From the NCBI GenBank assembly GCA_026026165.1, contig JAPEUD010000046.1, forward strand, positions 62,001 to 126,000: a DNA stretch of 64,000 bases. Reading direction: 5' to 3'. This stretch comes from Sarea resinae (lineage: Eukaryota). Under the pieces are notes generated by a model. The model did no database searches and was not told the origin of the DNA. It saw nothing but the letters and a program-made list of their open reading frames with translations. A program made the translations under genes and the position numbers. Below are positions 46,113 through 57,337 of this stretch, piece after piece. The first letter of the stretch is position 1, and each line of letters opens with the position of its first letter.

Positions 46113-48938
46113 ATGGCAAACCTCAACCTCAACGTCTTCCCCGATCTACCCCAGATCCACTTTGATAGCGACACCGTGCTGGCCAACGCGGAGTGTGATG
46201 CAACTCCATACGATGAAACGCCCCAACGGAGCTATCTCGACTACCAGAGGTACTGTGATAGCATCGATTTGCCTTTGAAACCCTTCAACGTGTCCAGCCC
46301 CTCAATTTCTGTTTGTCGTGGCAAAGGCGTGCCCACCAACATAAAACAATACCTACTCGAGTCTGAGAGAAGCGGCTTTGATACGGGGGCTTTGTGTGGA
46401 TACTCCACCGATCTTTCAAGTGCATCACCAGCCACAGAAGCCGAGTACTTCTATCCTGTCGAACCATTCACGCCATGCGAAGCCGTATCTCCATACCTCG
46501 GCATGCTGGAACAAAGACATCTCTCACCCGCATCTTCCTTTACCGATGATGCCTCGCTGTCTTCATTGAGCACAGGTGCCAGTCAACGGTCTATCACGTC
46601 CAATCCATCGGATATGCCACTTGCCTACGACACACCGTCGTGCACGTCCAACAACTTTAACTTTGATTTCGAAGTTGACTCCTCGCCGAGCCAATACTGC
46701 TTCCCTGGATTCGAACAACAGCAAAGCCCTTGGGGCTCCAGTCCAGCTTTGCCACAGGAGCAGGGGTTGGGCTTGATGCATATTGGCCACGCGTCGCAGC
46801 TCTCACAACCAGCCCAGACGCCCGAATTCATGGGGACGAAGAGGGAGAGGGATGGTGAGGATGATTGGGATGATTATGAAACAACCGAGAATCAGTTTGA
46901 CGACAATGACGAGAGCGAGATGGGCAATGCCGTCAGTGGCACGTACGTTGCTCTGAGGCAGGTCCAGGGCTTTGCGGACGATTCGAATGAAGCAGGAGAA
47001 GGACAAGACCAACAAAATGACGAGGGAGACGTGAGAGCCCTACCGGGAGTCCTACCGGGGAACCGACAGAGCAATTACTGGAATCAATGTGCCACCCACC
47101 TACCGCTCGACTCCAACCCAAACAAGTCGGAGCCGGAACAACAAGCATACCAGCACCAGCTCCTGTCTCGTACATTCGCCAGAGAAGAAATACACGCCGA
47201 AACCTCGGATGAAGACGATGATTACATGCCCCCCGGGCAGCCCTTACGAAAACGTCGCCGGCTCTCCACCGCCATGGCCGCTGTGGACGATTCAGTATCA
47301 AGGCTTCGACGCAGACCGAGTCGTGTTGCTGCCACCCACAGTATTGCTATCACTACCCCAGACTCTGTTACAACCCGGAAACAACCAAACAACGAACGGA
47401 ACAGCAAGCCGACCGCCACGAAAGGCAAAGGCAAAAGTAAAGGCAACGGCAAGAAGGCACCAACAAGAGGGTCCAAGACGAGCAGATTCCCATGTCCGTT
47501 CTCTACCTCCTCTTCCACCAGCACCACGATCACATCATCTCAGAAACCATGCAATCCCTCTCAGACATATAGCTCGAAGAACGAGTTGAAGCGTCATCTA
47601 CTGACGCAGCATTTCTGCCTGGGCGTCTGGGTGTGCGATTTTGCACCTTGTTGCCCTTTGTCACCTACTCCTCGTTTACCTTCTGGTGGTGAAGGGGGTA
47701 GATGGGATGATGATGCTGATGCTGATGACGACGAAGGATATGACGAGGGAGAAAGCAAGGGCGCGCAAGCACTCGACACCGAAACCATTAAGCTCGAGCG
47801 TCAGAGCGACAGTCACGCTACTGTATCAACTTCACCCTTTACGCCACCACCAGCAAAGACTCCACACCCTGCACAGCACACCAGCAGCAATATGTCCTCT
47901 TGCCCTCGTGGCGCCCGAGCTCGACCCTCTGTGGTCGAGAAAGCCGTTGAAAAGGAAAATCCACAAGATCAACCCACAGCCACAGCGACACTGAAAAGGA
48001 ACGACAGCGGCAGCACCGACGGCGTGAAAAGATTCAATCGCAAGGACCTGTTTGTGCAGCATCTGAAACGCATGCATGGCCTTCAGCTCTCTGGTGCTGG
48101 GGAGGTAGAGGTTAGAATAGGGGTGGAGGCGGACGTGGACACGATCACGCTCCTCCCCTTTCAATACCCTGCTCTCAGCCCGGCTCCTAGCTCGACCTAT
48201 GCCAGCACCTCCTCACGCGCCACCTCCGCCGCAGACAGACGCCAGCCACAGACTCAGAAAGACCAACTCGCCACAGCTACGAAAAGCAAGACCAGAGTCA
48301 GAGCCAGAGCCAAAGCTCCAGACCCCGAGCTCAAGCCCAACCTGGAAGAAGCCGCACAAGCTAGATCGACAGCGCAAGCGATCGAAGCCGCGTGTGAGCG
48401 GTGCTATCATCCTACCACCTTCCAGCGCCCTGCCCCTGGGACTACTACTGTCATTGCTACCGCAGCTCCGTTGTCCGTGTCATCATCTCCTCTGGGCTCT
48501 TCTCCTCCTGAAACGGTAGCAGAGGTCGACGCAGAGGTCGACGCAGAAGCAAAAGCAGAAGCAGAAGCAGAAGCAGACACACACAGCCCACTTCCACCAC
48601 TCCCAGCAGCAGCTGCAGCAGCAGCACCACCACCACCACCACCACCACCACCACTAACAGCAACACCGCTCCAATGTCCCTCATGCCATCTGTCCTTCCC
48701 ACCTCCATCTCCATCTCAATCTCCATCTCCTTCTCCTTCTCTTTCGCCTTCTACTTCCCGATCCTCGTCATCTCCCACCAGCTCCTACCCACGCGCCCAT
48801 CTCCGAGCCGAAGTCCAGACGCCTGGGCGTAAGCGGTACCAGCGCCGCGCAGACGCAGACGCCGACGCCGACGCCACTGAGAAACTGATCCTGGCGCTGG
48901 TCGATCATATCGTGGGATGTTGGCTGCGGGGACGATGA
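46113..48938 (+). CDS. C2H2 zinc-finger protein, 941 aa, rich in low-complexity tracts (cluster gene 3)
   Basis: FPCPF..C..YSSKNELKRHLLTQH, VWVCDFAPC..FNRKDLFVQHLKRMH, CPSC..DHIV; basic NLS-like LRKRRR. Confidence 0.85.
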   Translation: MANLNLNVFPDLPQIHFDSDTVLANAECDATPYDETPQRSYLDYQRYCDSIDLPLKPFNVSSPSISVCRGKGVPTNIKQYLLESERSGFDTGALCGYSTDLSSASPATEAEYFYPVEPFTPCEAVSPYLGMLEQRHLSPASSFTDDASLSSLSTGASQRSITSNPSDMPLAYDTPSCTSNNFNFDFEVDSSPSQYCFPGFEQQQSPWGSSPALPQEQGLGLMHIGHASQLSQPAQTPEFMGTKRERDGEDDWDDYETTENQFDDNDESEMGNAVSGTYVALRQVQGFADDSNEAGEGQDQQNDEGDVRALPGVLPGNRQSNYWNQCATHLPLDSNPNKSEPEQQAYQHQLLSRTFAREEIHAETSDEDDDYMPPGQPLRKRRRLSTAMAAVDDSVSRLRRRPSRVAATHSIAITTPDSVTTRKQPNNERNSKPTATKGKGKSKGNGKKAPTRGSKTSRFPCPFSTSSSTSTTITSSQKPCNPSQTYSSKNELKRHLLTQHFCLGVWVCDFAPCCPLSPTPRLPSGGEGGRWDDDADADDDEGYDEGESKGAQALDTETIKLERQSDSHATVSTSPFTPPPAKTPHPAQHTSSNMSSCPRGARARPSVVEKAVEKENPQDQPTATATLKRNDSGSTDGVKRFNRKDLFVQHLKRMHGLQLSGAGEVEVRIGVEADVDTITLLPFQYPALSPAPSSTYASTSSRATSAADRRQPQTQKDQLATATKSKTRVRARAKAPDPELKPNLEEAAQARSTAQAIEAACERCYHPTTFQRPAPGTTTVIATAAPLSVSSSPLGSSPPETVAEVDAEVDAEAKAEAEAEADTHSPLPPLPAAAAAAAPPPPPPPPPLTATPLQCPSCHLSFPPPSPSQSPSPSPSLSPSTSRSSSSPTSSYPRAHLRAEVQTPGRKRYQRRADADADADATEKLILALVDHIVGCWLRGR

Positions 48939-50028
48939 TGGGTAGGTTTGGTTTCGTTAGGTTGCTGGGGTCTTGGGTTTCAGATCCAGGTGCAGGTTCA
49001 GATTCTGCTTAGGGTCCAGCTCTAACGGGGAAGGGTATCACCTAGTCCATCCTCCTGGGGCGTTCTCCTAGGGAATCAAAAGCGGTATCCATTGGGCGCG
49101 ATTCAGGCGTATTCTTATCTCTTGCGCTTTCTGCTTTTCTTGGTTTTAGGTCTTGCTAGGGGTGTTTGAGGGGGTGTTTGAAGGGGTGTTTACTTGGTAG
49201 TTTTGTATACCATCCTGTTCATACTCTCTATCTATACTCTCTATGCCATCTATACCATGCCTCCTATTCATACTATTCATTCTATTTAAAGCATCTATAC
49301 CATCTATCCTCTCCATACCATACCTTCTATTCATATATTTATACTATTTATACTACCTACACTATCAACATCATCTTAGATACCTTATACTATCCTCTCT
49401 AAACCATACTATACCATACCATCTATGTCCTCTATACCATCCATATTCTCCATACCCCCTATACTCTCTATCCTTTATCATCTCTACCATCCACCCTCCC
49501 TATCCTCCCTATCCTATCTATCGATATAACAAGTAGATGTAGATGTAGATGTAGATGTAGATATCACAACATTGGCATCGAACGGATCAATAGATATCAT
49601 GCATATCACGCCCATCGGATCAATCAATAGATGGACATTAGATAGACATTAGATAGACATTAGATAGATGGATGGATGGATGGATGGACGAATAGATGAA
49701 TCAATAGACAGATGTAAAGCAAGCACGCCCCCATAGCATTTTCTTCTTTCGAAGGGGGTTTTTTGGGGCTTTTTTTGGGGGGGGAGGGAGTGCGTCCGAT
49801 CGTGTTGTGTTGTTGTATTATGCCCTAGTGATGGGTTTGGGGCTGATGGGCACTTGGATGCTTGGGATACTTGGACGTTTGGACGTTTAGACGCTTGGAT
49901 ACTTGGACACTTGGATGCTTGGGCACTGGGGGACGGGGGACGGGGGACGGGGGCACTTGAACAGATACACAAACGGACAGACGCATCGCATCCATGGAGA
50001 CCTGGACACACGGACAGAGGACCAGCTC

Positions 50029-50055
50029 AAAAAAAAAAAAAAAAAAAAAAAAAAA
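50029..50055. repeat. A27 homopolymer downstream of a simple-repeat-rich intergenic block (49150-49960)
   Basis: Read directly from the sequence. Confidence 0.9.
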
Positions 50056-50210
50056 CACTCAATACCGTCAAGACCGCAAGGGGCAACTTCTAGAAAGAAG
50101 TAATACAATTGGATAGAAACACTTCATCTCGACGTGGATAGAACAAGCTAATCTGGACTGAACGGATAAGGAACGGATACGTCTACTACAAGGACATCAC
50201 GCCCGCACCG

Positions 50211-51994
50211 TCACAGCTCGCCGTCGCCAAAGGCACCGCCCAAGTCGATGTCGCCCTCATCGACAACGATCCACCGTTCCCTCTCCCGGCCATCGCCATC
50301 GTCCTCATCGTCGTCTCCCCCGTCCTCCCCATCACTGCTGCCCCCGCCACCCTGACCGTCCCTGAGGATGTCCCCCCGCAGCACCCTCGCGCCCTCGTCG
50401 TCATCCACGACAAATAGCCTCCAATCGTCCCCGGCGGCCAGGTTCTGCAGCTTCTTTTTCAAGGCCTCGAGGACGGCCGGGTCGATGTCGAGGTTCCGCA
50501 GGTCGGCGTCGGGAAGCTGCTGGCTCGAGGTCGAGGAGCCCGACGCCACGATTTCCTCGTCCTCGCCCTCGGACGACAGCGGCCGTCTCGTGGATTCGGA
50601 TCCGGGCGCTTGGTTGGGGGGTCTTTCGTTTCCTCCGGAACCACCGCCACGGCCGCCGCGAACAGCAGATGACGTCTCGATCTTGCGCCCCTCGCCGCCA
50701 ACGAGCGTCTTGGCGCCAATCTCGACTCCGCCGACCACGGGCCTCGTTTTGGCCGTGCCATCTTCTCCGCCGACGGACGAGGGATCTTGTTCGCTAGAAG
50801 CAGAGGCTGCCCACGCGCTCGGGTGGCTGTACAACTCCCACTCGTGCACGGCATCGTTGGGGATGATTTCGCGGCAGGTGATTGCGTTGACCTTGTTCTC
50901 GCGCGGCGGTCGGAATGCCATGTCATTGCAGAGGCGCGGCGTGTAGATGACCATCAGATACGTGCACGTTGCGATCTCCTTGATCCAGCCGATTTTGTCC
51001 GTGATGGATGGGTTGCAGTGGAACTGGGTGAAAGTCAGTCTCTGGGGCAATGGAAGACAGACAAAACGTACTTGGACTTCAATCTTTCTTTCTTTCCCCG
51101 TCAGATCGCACGTCGTGCCCCCGCCCAGTCGCTGCATTAGATATCTCGTGTCGCCCCGCGCCTGTAGTTCCGCCGCCTCGAGTCCTCCCGCGCCGGCGTC
51201 AATGCCCAGGTTGGCCCGTCCCTTGCCCAGCCCGCTCTCTCTGCCAGGCTTGAAGCGGCCCAAGATGTACGACGGCGTGTTCGGGTCCTCTGCGGGTGGG
51301 TAGAACGGAACGCCTTTCCCGGCGGGCAGCTGGTGGAACTGCTTCACATGCGAGTTGTAGCAAAAGGCATACGACCACCACCCAGAGATATAGTACAGAC
51401 AATCGCGATCCAACGGCTTCAGAAGCTCCCAGCCTCGTTCCGTGGCGCGAGCAAGTTCCTTTTCTTCTTCGAGCCGCGCTGCTGCTTCCAGCGTTTCATT
51501 CCTTGCGGGGGTCTTGACCGTGGGGATGGCGCAGAGGAAGCGCACGCCGTCCGCCCATATCTGCTCGTAGGACGAAGACCCTCTGGTGCCGGGAAGGCTG
51601 CTGCTCTCATCACTGGAAGAGGATTCGGCATCATGGCTGGTGCGAGTGTTGGCTTCGCGCCCCGATAATTCGCTGGCCCTTGCTTGAGGAGAAGAGACAG
51701 TCTCGCCCTGCCCTGCTTTGCCGGTCTTGGGGTCTTTCCAGACAGACGATTTCAGTCTAAGTACGGCGTCCGCATCGGCTTCGGTGACATAGTTGCCATC
51801 GAAAACGACATCATACTGTCGGACAATTGATCAGGTCGAGAAGCGCTTGCGTAAATGGACGCAGCGTGAGAGGACACGGCGGGACTGGAGGGACTCACCT
51901 GCGGATATGCCAGCAGATCATCGTGGACGCTGAAGATGCTCGGACTTGCGAGAGCGACCGTGATAGCGGCCAGAAGTGGCAGAGTCGTCCGCAT
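50211..51994 (-). CDS. YOS9: ER lectin Yos9/OS-9 (MRH/PRKCSH domain). Exons 51994-51899, 51815-51072, 51023-50211
   Basis: Signal peptide MRTTLPLLAAITVALA, FSVHDDLLAYPQY, CLYYISGWWSYAFCY..VKQFH, GTTCDLTGKERKIEVQFHC, IKEIATCTYLMVIYTPRLC. Introns 51816-51898 and 51024-51071. Confidence 0.93.
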
Positions 51995-52432
51995 CGTGCT
52001 ATGGGGCCATCAACGGATTCCGTGGTGCAGCTCCAGCCGCGAAGTTGTGGACGGATGACGCACGAGACAAGAGCTCAAGGTCAATGTGTTCAGTTCAGTG
52101 TCAAGCGATATCGATAGCATTGCTTCTGTCAGCTATGAGCTCCCCAACCCCAAAGACATTCTAGATGCGCATTTCGCCACCGATCACAGAGAGCACATCT
52201 CACGTTGATCTCGCATCAAATTACACTCTTCTTCAATCAATATTCATGGCAGTCGTTGTAGCTCTGACTCGAATATCTGAAGTCATAAGGTATCTATTAG
52301 ATCTCTGAGCACTCAGCACTCGAGCAAGGCTCTGTACCAGAGACACGGAACACTGGTGCCCCGCAAATCGAGATTCCAAAAACATACTCCGGTGTTGATC
52401 TGCATACTCTGCCATACCCCGAAGCCTCATGC

Positions 52433-53173
52433 TTAGTGAACCAGAACTACCGGCTTGCCCTTCTCCCACCCGTGAAGGCTCTCCCTGATGTTGATCCAAT
52501 AACGCAACCGCACCGCCTCCTGACTGGCCGTATCCAGATCATCCTTGCTGAAAGCCTCCTCGAGGACCTTGACGCTAGCTTCTATCCGAGACTCATTCTG
52601 CTCCTTCAGAGGTTCCAGTTCTTCCTCCTCTTCGGCAGCTTCAATCTCCTCTCGCGTCTCCAACACTTCCATCAGCAGGTCCGGATCTTCCACCTTGGCG
52701 CTCTCGTCTTCGGCCACATCGATCCCTCGTAGTGAGAGAAGGTATTGCGCTCGTAGCAGAGGATTCTGTAGCACTTTGTAGGCCTCGTTGATGCGCGCCG
52801 AAGTCGCCTCGGCCCGAGACTTGGCTTCCTGCGGATGTCGGTCCGGATGCGCTTTGGCCTGGAGCTGCAGGAACTCTTTTCGGAGATCGCGTTCATCGAC
52901 CGAGAAGGATCCTTTCGGCGGAGGACCTGACGAGATGGATTGTGGGAAGAAATCATAGTGTGTGATTGGCCTGACGGCTTCCTTGTGCAGAGACGGCGAC
53001 GAGGATAGCCATCGCCGTGAGGGTAGACGAGATCGCGAGTGGCTTGATAATCTAGTCTGGCAGATCAGGCAGGGCTGCTGTGATGGCCGGGAGAGTCGAG
53101 AGGAAGCGGACTGATCGCAGAGAGCTTGGAGATGCTTGCCGGCGGAGATGGCTGACACTGCTGAGCGCCGCAT
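52433..53173 (-). CDS. JAC1: Mitochondrial J-type Fe-S cluster co-chaperone Jac1/HscB
   Basis: Arg/Ser-rich presequence, J domain LRKEFLQLQAKAHPD..SARINEAYKVLQNPLLRAQYLL, and HscB C-terminal DLLMEVLETRE..VRLRYW. Confidence 0.95.
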   Translation of the reverse strand: MRRSAVSAISAGKHLQALCDQSASSRLSRPSQQPCLICQTRLSSHSRSRLPSRRWLSSSPSLHKEAVRPITHYDFFPQSISSGPPPKGSFSVDERDLRKEFLQLQAKAHPDRHPQEAKSRAEATSARINEAYKVLQNPLLRAQYLLSLRGIDVAEDESAKVEDPDLLMEVLETREEIEAAEEEEELEPLKEQNESRIEASVKVLEEAFSKDDLDTASQEAVRLRYWINIRESLHGWEKGKPVVLVH

Positions 53174-53879
53174 GCTGGAGATGTCTCGGATTGGTTGTCA
53201 ACGTAGATGGTAGGGTCTGTCCGGTGAAGCAATCGGAAGAAGCTGGGAGGCTTTCAGAGTGCGTTGGTCGTGGAGTTGGAATGGTGAGGAAGTTTGTGGG
53301 TGGCGCAGGCTGATAAATCTCGAGGTGGGTTGGCGTCGTCATTGATGTTTCTCATCGTCGAACCCAAACAGACTGTGTATTAGCAATCAAGACTGTCCAG
53401 AAGTGGCCGCCATCACGACCACCACATTGGACCATCGTGGACCATCGTGGATTATCGTGGATGATGCCCGTTCCATTGTCCGTCTGCTGTGACGATTGTT
53501 CCTCTTCAGCAGAACCTGTCGATGGCAGGTTCGTATTTCGAACATCTTGCGACGCATGTACAGTATCTCTGCCAGCTCATTGCACTCCAGCCATTGCTTG
53601 TTGCTCCTTCCAGGTTGCTTTGGAAATTCAGGTCGAGACCACTTGACTGGACCAGCTGCACACGCACATGCTGCCCACGCTGTGAACCACTCGTCGGTGA
53701 TTTTCCAATGGAATGCATCACACCGGCATGACTGTGACCGTATCCTAGGACACCTCATACCTATTGCTTCATCCTTTCGCTACTGTCGTGATATTGCCAG
53801 TTGTTCTAGACCTCAACTTCATCTCCCTGACCATCGCTGTTATTGCCATTTTCGATCTCCTACCCCCTCTTCTTGCACG

Positions 53880-56562
53880 ATGGATACTGTGCCGCTCAAA
53901 GAGGCGACATTGCAGGCTGGTGGCGGTCATCCGTCGGCCAGTGCCGCAACAGAGAGTGTCGAGAGCCTCTCTCCCACGCTCATCGGCCACCTCAAGGCCA
54001 TCTTCCGCGCCGTCGCCGGAGAGGATCGTGCTCTCGACCATGCGGAAGCAGTATCCTTTTTGGAAAAGGTCCAAAAGGTCCAAAAGGCACAGCTTTCCCA
54101 GCAACAGCTGGTCTTTTCTACCAACGGCCACATAGGCTTCAATGACTTCCTACGCTACGTGACCTCGTCCGACTTTAATGCTTTGAGTCCGCCGCAACCC
54201 TGCAGTCTCAGCTACCCTCTCTCGAATTACTTCATCTCTTCTAGCCACAACACGTATCTCACTGGGAATCAATTATACAGTCAATCGAGCGTCGATGGCT
54301 ACAAAAATGTATGATCAAGCCTAGCCGTATGCAACGGTGTTTTAATCGTCTATAGGTGCTCTTGAGAGGCTGTCGTTGTGTCGAAATCGACGTCTGGGAT
54401 GGGGATCCACGGCTTGCAGACGATGACACGGACAGCAAAAGAGAAGAGACAAAACGCTGGTTTCGACGCCACAAGGCCTCTCTGTCCCCGCACGCACACA
54501 AAGATACTCAGCAGCAACCAGCTGCCCCAGCAACTCCGACCAAACCTACTCCATGGGTGTCAACGACAACTGCTACCCGTCCTGAGCCTCGTGTCCTACA
54601 CGGTATGCTCGAGAGTATAGTCCTTGAAGATCTCCGGCTGACAGGCCGAAACAGGACATACTCTTACTCGAGAGGTCTCGTTTCGAGAAGTCTGCGCCGC
54701 AATACGGGATACGGCCTTTGTCAGCAGGTAAAAGCAATGAATTCCAATATCATAATATAGCTGACCATTAAAGTGACCTACCGGTGATTGTGAGCCTGGA
54801 GGTCCATGCTAGCCTCGAGCAGCAGGAAATAATGGTGGAGATTATCGAAGAGACATGGAAAGGGCTTCTTATTGACGAGTCATTCGCTGCGGCGAGGGCA
54901 AGTGTGGAGAGGCTTCCAACTCCGGAAGAGCTCCGTCGCAAAATTCTGATCAAAGTCAAGCCTGCTTCTTCGAAACCACCTTCGGAAAAGGCTAGAGATG
55001 TCTCATCAAGTTCCGATGACGATGTGTCGGTTGTTTCAGAGGGGAAGAAGACCGACAAGAAGAAGGGCGCAAAGAAGAAAATATTGGAAGCTTTAAGCCG
55101 TTTGGGCGTTTACACAAAGAGCTATCATTTTTCCAGTCTCTCACAGCCGGGTATGTGAACCAGTAATTGTCTCGAATCTAGATCCAAACGATTGACCGTG
55201 AGGACAGAGGCGGCCCTACCAAGCCATATATTCGCTCTGTCTGAGAAGGCATTGTTGAAAGTACACGAGGCCCATGCTCCTGCTCTATTCCAGCATAACA
55301 AGGTATTTTCGAGGGCATCACCCAGATAACAAAGCATTCGTCTTACATTCACAGAAATTCTTCATGCGAGCCTATCCCGCTGGTTTCCGTGTCTCGTCAT
55401 CGAATCTCGATCCATCTGTCTTCTGGCGCAAAGGCGTCCAGATGGTGGCATTAAATTGGCAGAGTTGGGACGAGGGCATGATGTTAAACGAAGCCATGTT
55501 CACTGGTGGAGGCGGATGGGTCCTGAAGCCTCCAGGATACCGAGATATAGATGGAAATCAATACCAAAAAGCAACTCAGCCGACGGGCGCGCAACAATCG
55601 CACACCGGAACGATTCCCCGACAAAACTTGAACCTCAGCATCAAGCTTTTCGCTGGCCAAAATATCCCTCTACCTCTCGGCCACGAACGCGCAAAAGGCT
55701 TCTCTCCGTACGTGAAATGCCAATTGCATGCCGAGCGCCCAGAGGAGAAAGATGGGAAACCGTCGGCGACAGACAGCGAGGACGACAGCAAGGACAGCAA
55801 GTTTAAGAGGCGGAGCAAGACCTCCAAGGGAACCGATCCCGACTTTGCGGGTGAGGCGATGGAGTTCTCTGGTATTCGGGATGTGGTTCCCGAGTTGAGC
55901 TTTCTGAGGTTAGTCACCTGCTTTCTTTTTTGCACGCTGCCACGCCTTATCACTCGCCGCATCTTGATCGGGTCATGTTTTCCGTGCCGGGACTCCTGTA
56001 CGTTTGCTATGAGTGTACAATGGGATCGCCGGTCGGATGTTGAGACGGATAGCCGCCTTTGCCAAAGTATGCAGGCCCAGTACGAGAAACATTGATGGAT
56101 AGCGACATGCCTCGCGGAGATCCAACGCCGTGGTCGTCTTTGTGCCCTTGTGCTTTCTTACACGTCCTTTGTCTCATCCAGAATAACCTCCCAAAACATC
56201 TGCTCCTCTACTCTACCAGCCGGACCACTTTCACGGGTCAGAAATCCGGTCATCCGACACAGGTCCCCTAATCTCTCTGAACCACCCCGCTCGTCCCCGC
56301 TTCCAAAATCCGTGCTAGTATTTCAGAGAAAAGCTGACAGACCGCTTTCCCCGTTGCACGTAACAGATTCAAAGTCTTCGCCAACGAGGAGTTTCGGAAG
56401 GATTCCCTGGTCGGCTGGGCGTGCATCCGGCTGGATCGGCTGCATGAAGGCTACCGCTTCGTGAGACTGCTGGATGTGCGTGGTTTGGAGAGTGGTGCGG
56501 TCTTGTTGGTGCGTGTTGTCAAGAACGTCGTTGTTGATGGGGATGGCGCTGGAGCGTCGTGA
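53880..56562 (+). CDS. Phosphoinositide-specific phospholipase C (EF-like, X, Y and C2 domains; no PH domain seen). Exons 53880-54308, 54356-54602, 54655-54727, 54774-55150, 55208-55302, 55355-55908, 56367-56562
   Basis: X box PLSNYFISSSHNTYLTGNQL..GCRCVEIDVWDG..VLHGHTLT..PVIVSLEVH; Y box MRAYPAGFRVSSSNLDP..GVQMVALNWQ..GWVLKP; C2 end IRLDRLHEGYRFV. Six GT-AG introns restore the frame. Confidence 0.94.
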
Positions 56563-57204
56563 GTCTGGATCTGGATCTGGATATGGATATGGATATGAAT
56601 AATGGGAAGGGAAAGGAGAGGAGAGAGGAGAGCGTTGGCTGATCTAGCAATGACATGGCATAGGCGTGATGGGGCCTAGAAACGAAGCCCTGGGTTTCAT
56701 CGTCTAGACTATGTTGGACTGGATCACACTGACTGACTGGCCGGCTGACTGACTGCATCTTTTGCTTCTGTATTCACCTACTCTCACCCCCCTTACCTAG
56801 TTGACGTTTCCCCTTGCAACGACTATAACGAGAATGAAAACGATAGCAATGAATGAGGATGACCAATCTCTCTCTCCCCCTTTCTCTCCCCCTTGTCGCT
56901 ATTCACCAGCTCCAACCAATAGAAAAAGAAACAAGCATTGCAAGAACAAAAGCAATGCCTCCTTCTGCCCTCCTCTCTCCCTCTACTCCTTTCTTTCTTC
57001 TAACTTCTAAAGCGCACAGTGCACACAGAGCAGCACAGAGATAGAGACAGAGCACACAGAGACAGACACAGAGCAGAGAGCATTCAAGTGCCTTTTACGG
57101 TCTGCGGTCTACGGTCTACAGTCCACGGTCTGTTGACGGTTGATTGGTGTTGTATTTATATTTAATAAGTCATAGGTTGTTTGATTGTAAGGTGTTTTAG
57201 AACA

Positions 57205-57243
57205 GCAATAGTAGTAATAATAATAATGACGATGATGATAATG

Positions 57244-57281
<38 letters not shown>

Positions 57282-57337
57282 GACAATAACAACAACAACA
57301 ACGACGACAACGACGACGACGACAACGACAACGGCGA
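57205..57337. repeat. Compound trinucleotide microsatellite grading (TAA)n, (GAT)n, (AAC/GAC)n; (AG)n follows at about 57372-57391
   Basis: Read directly from the sequence. Confidence 0.92.

Noticed and set aside
50368..50946. 192-aa plus-strand ORF
   Set aside because: Antisense shadow of the GC-rich YOS9 coding exon.
53496..53879. N-terminal extension of the PLC ORF shown in the track
   Set aside because: Begins at a non-ATG codon, and the sequence is not PLC-like. ATG 53880 is preferred, though an upstream in-frame ATG cannot be excluded.
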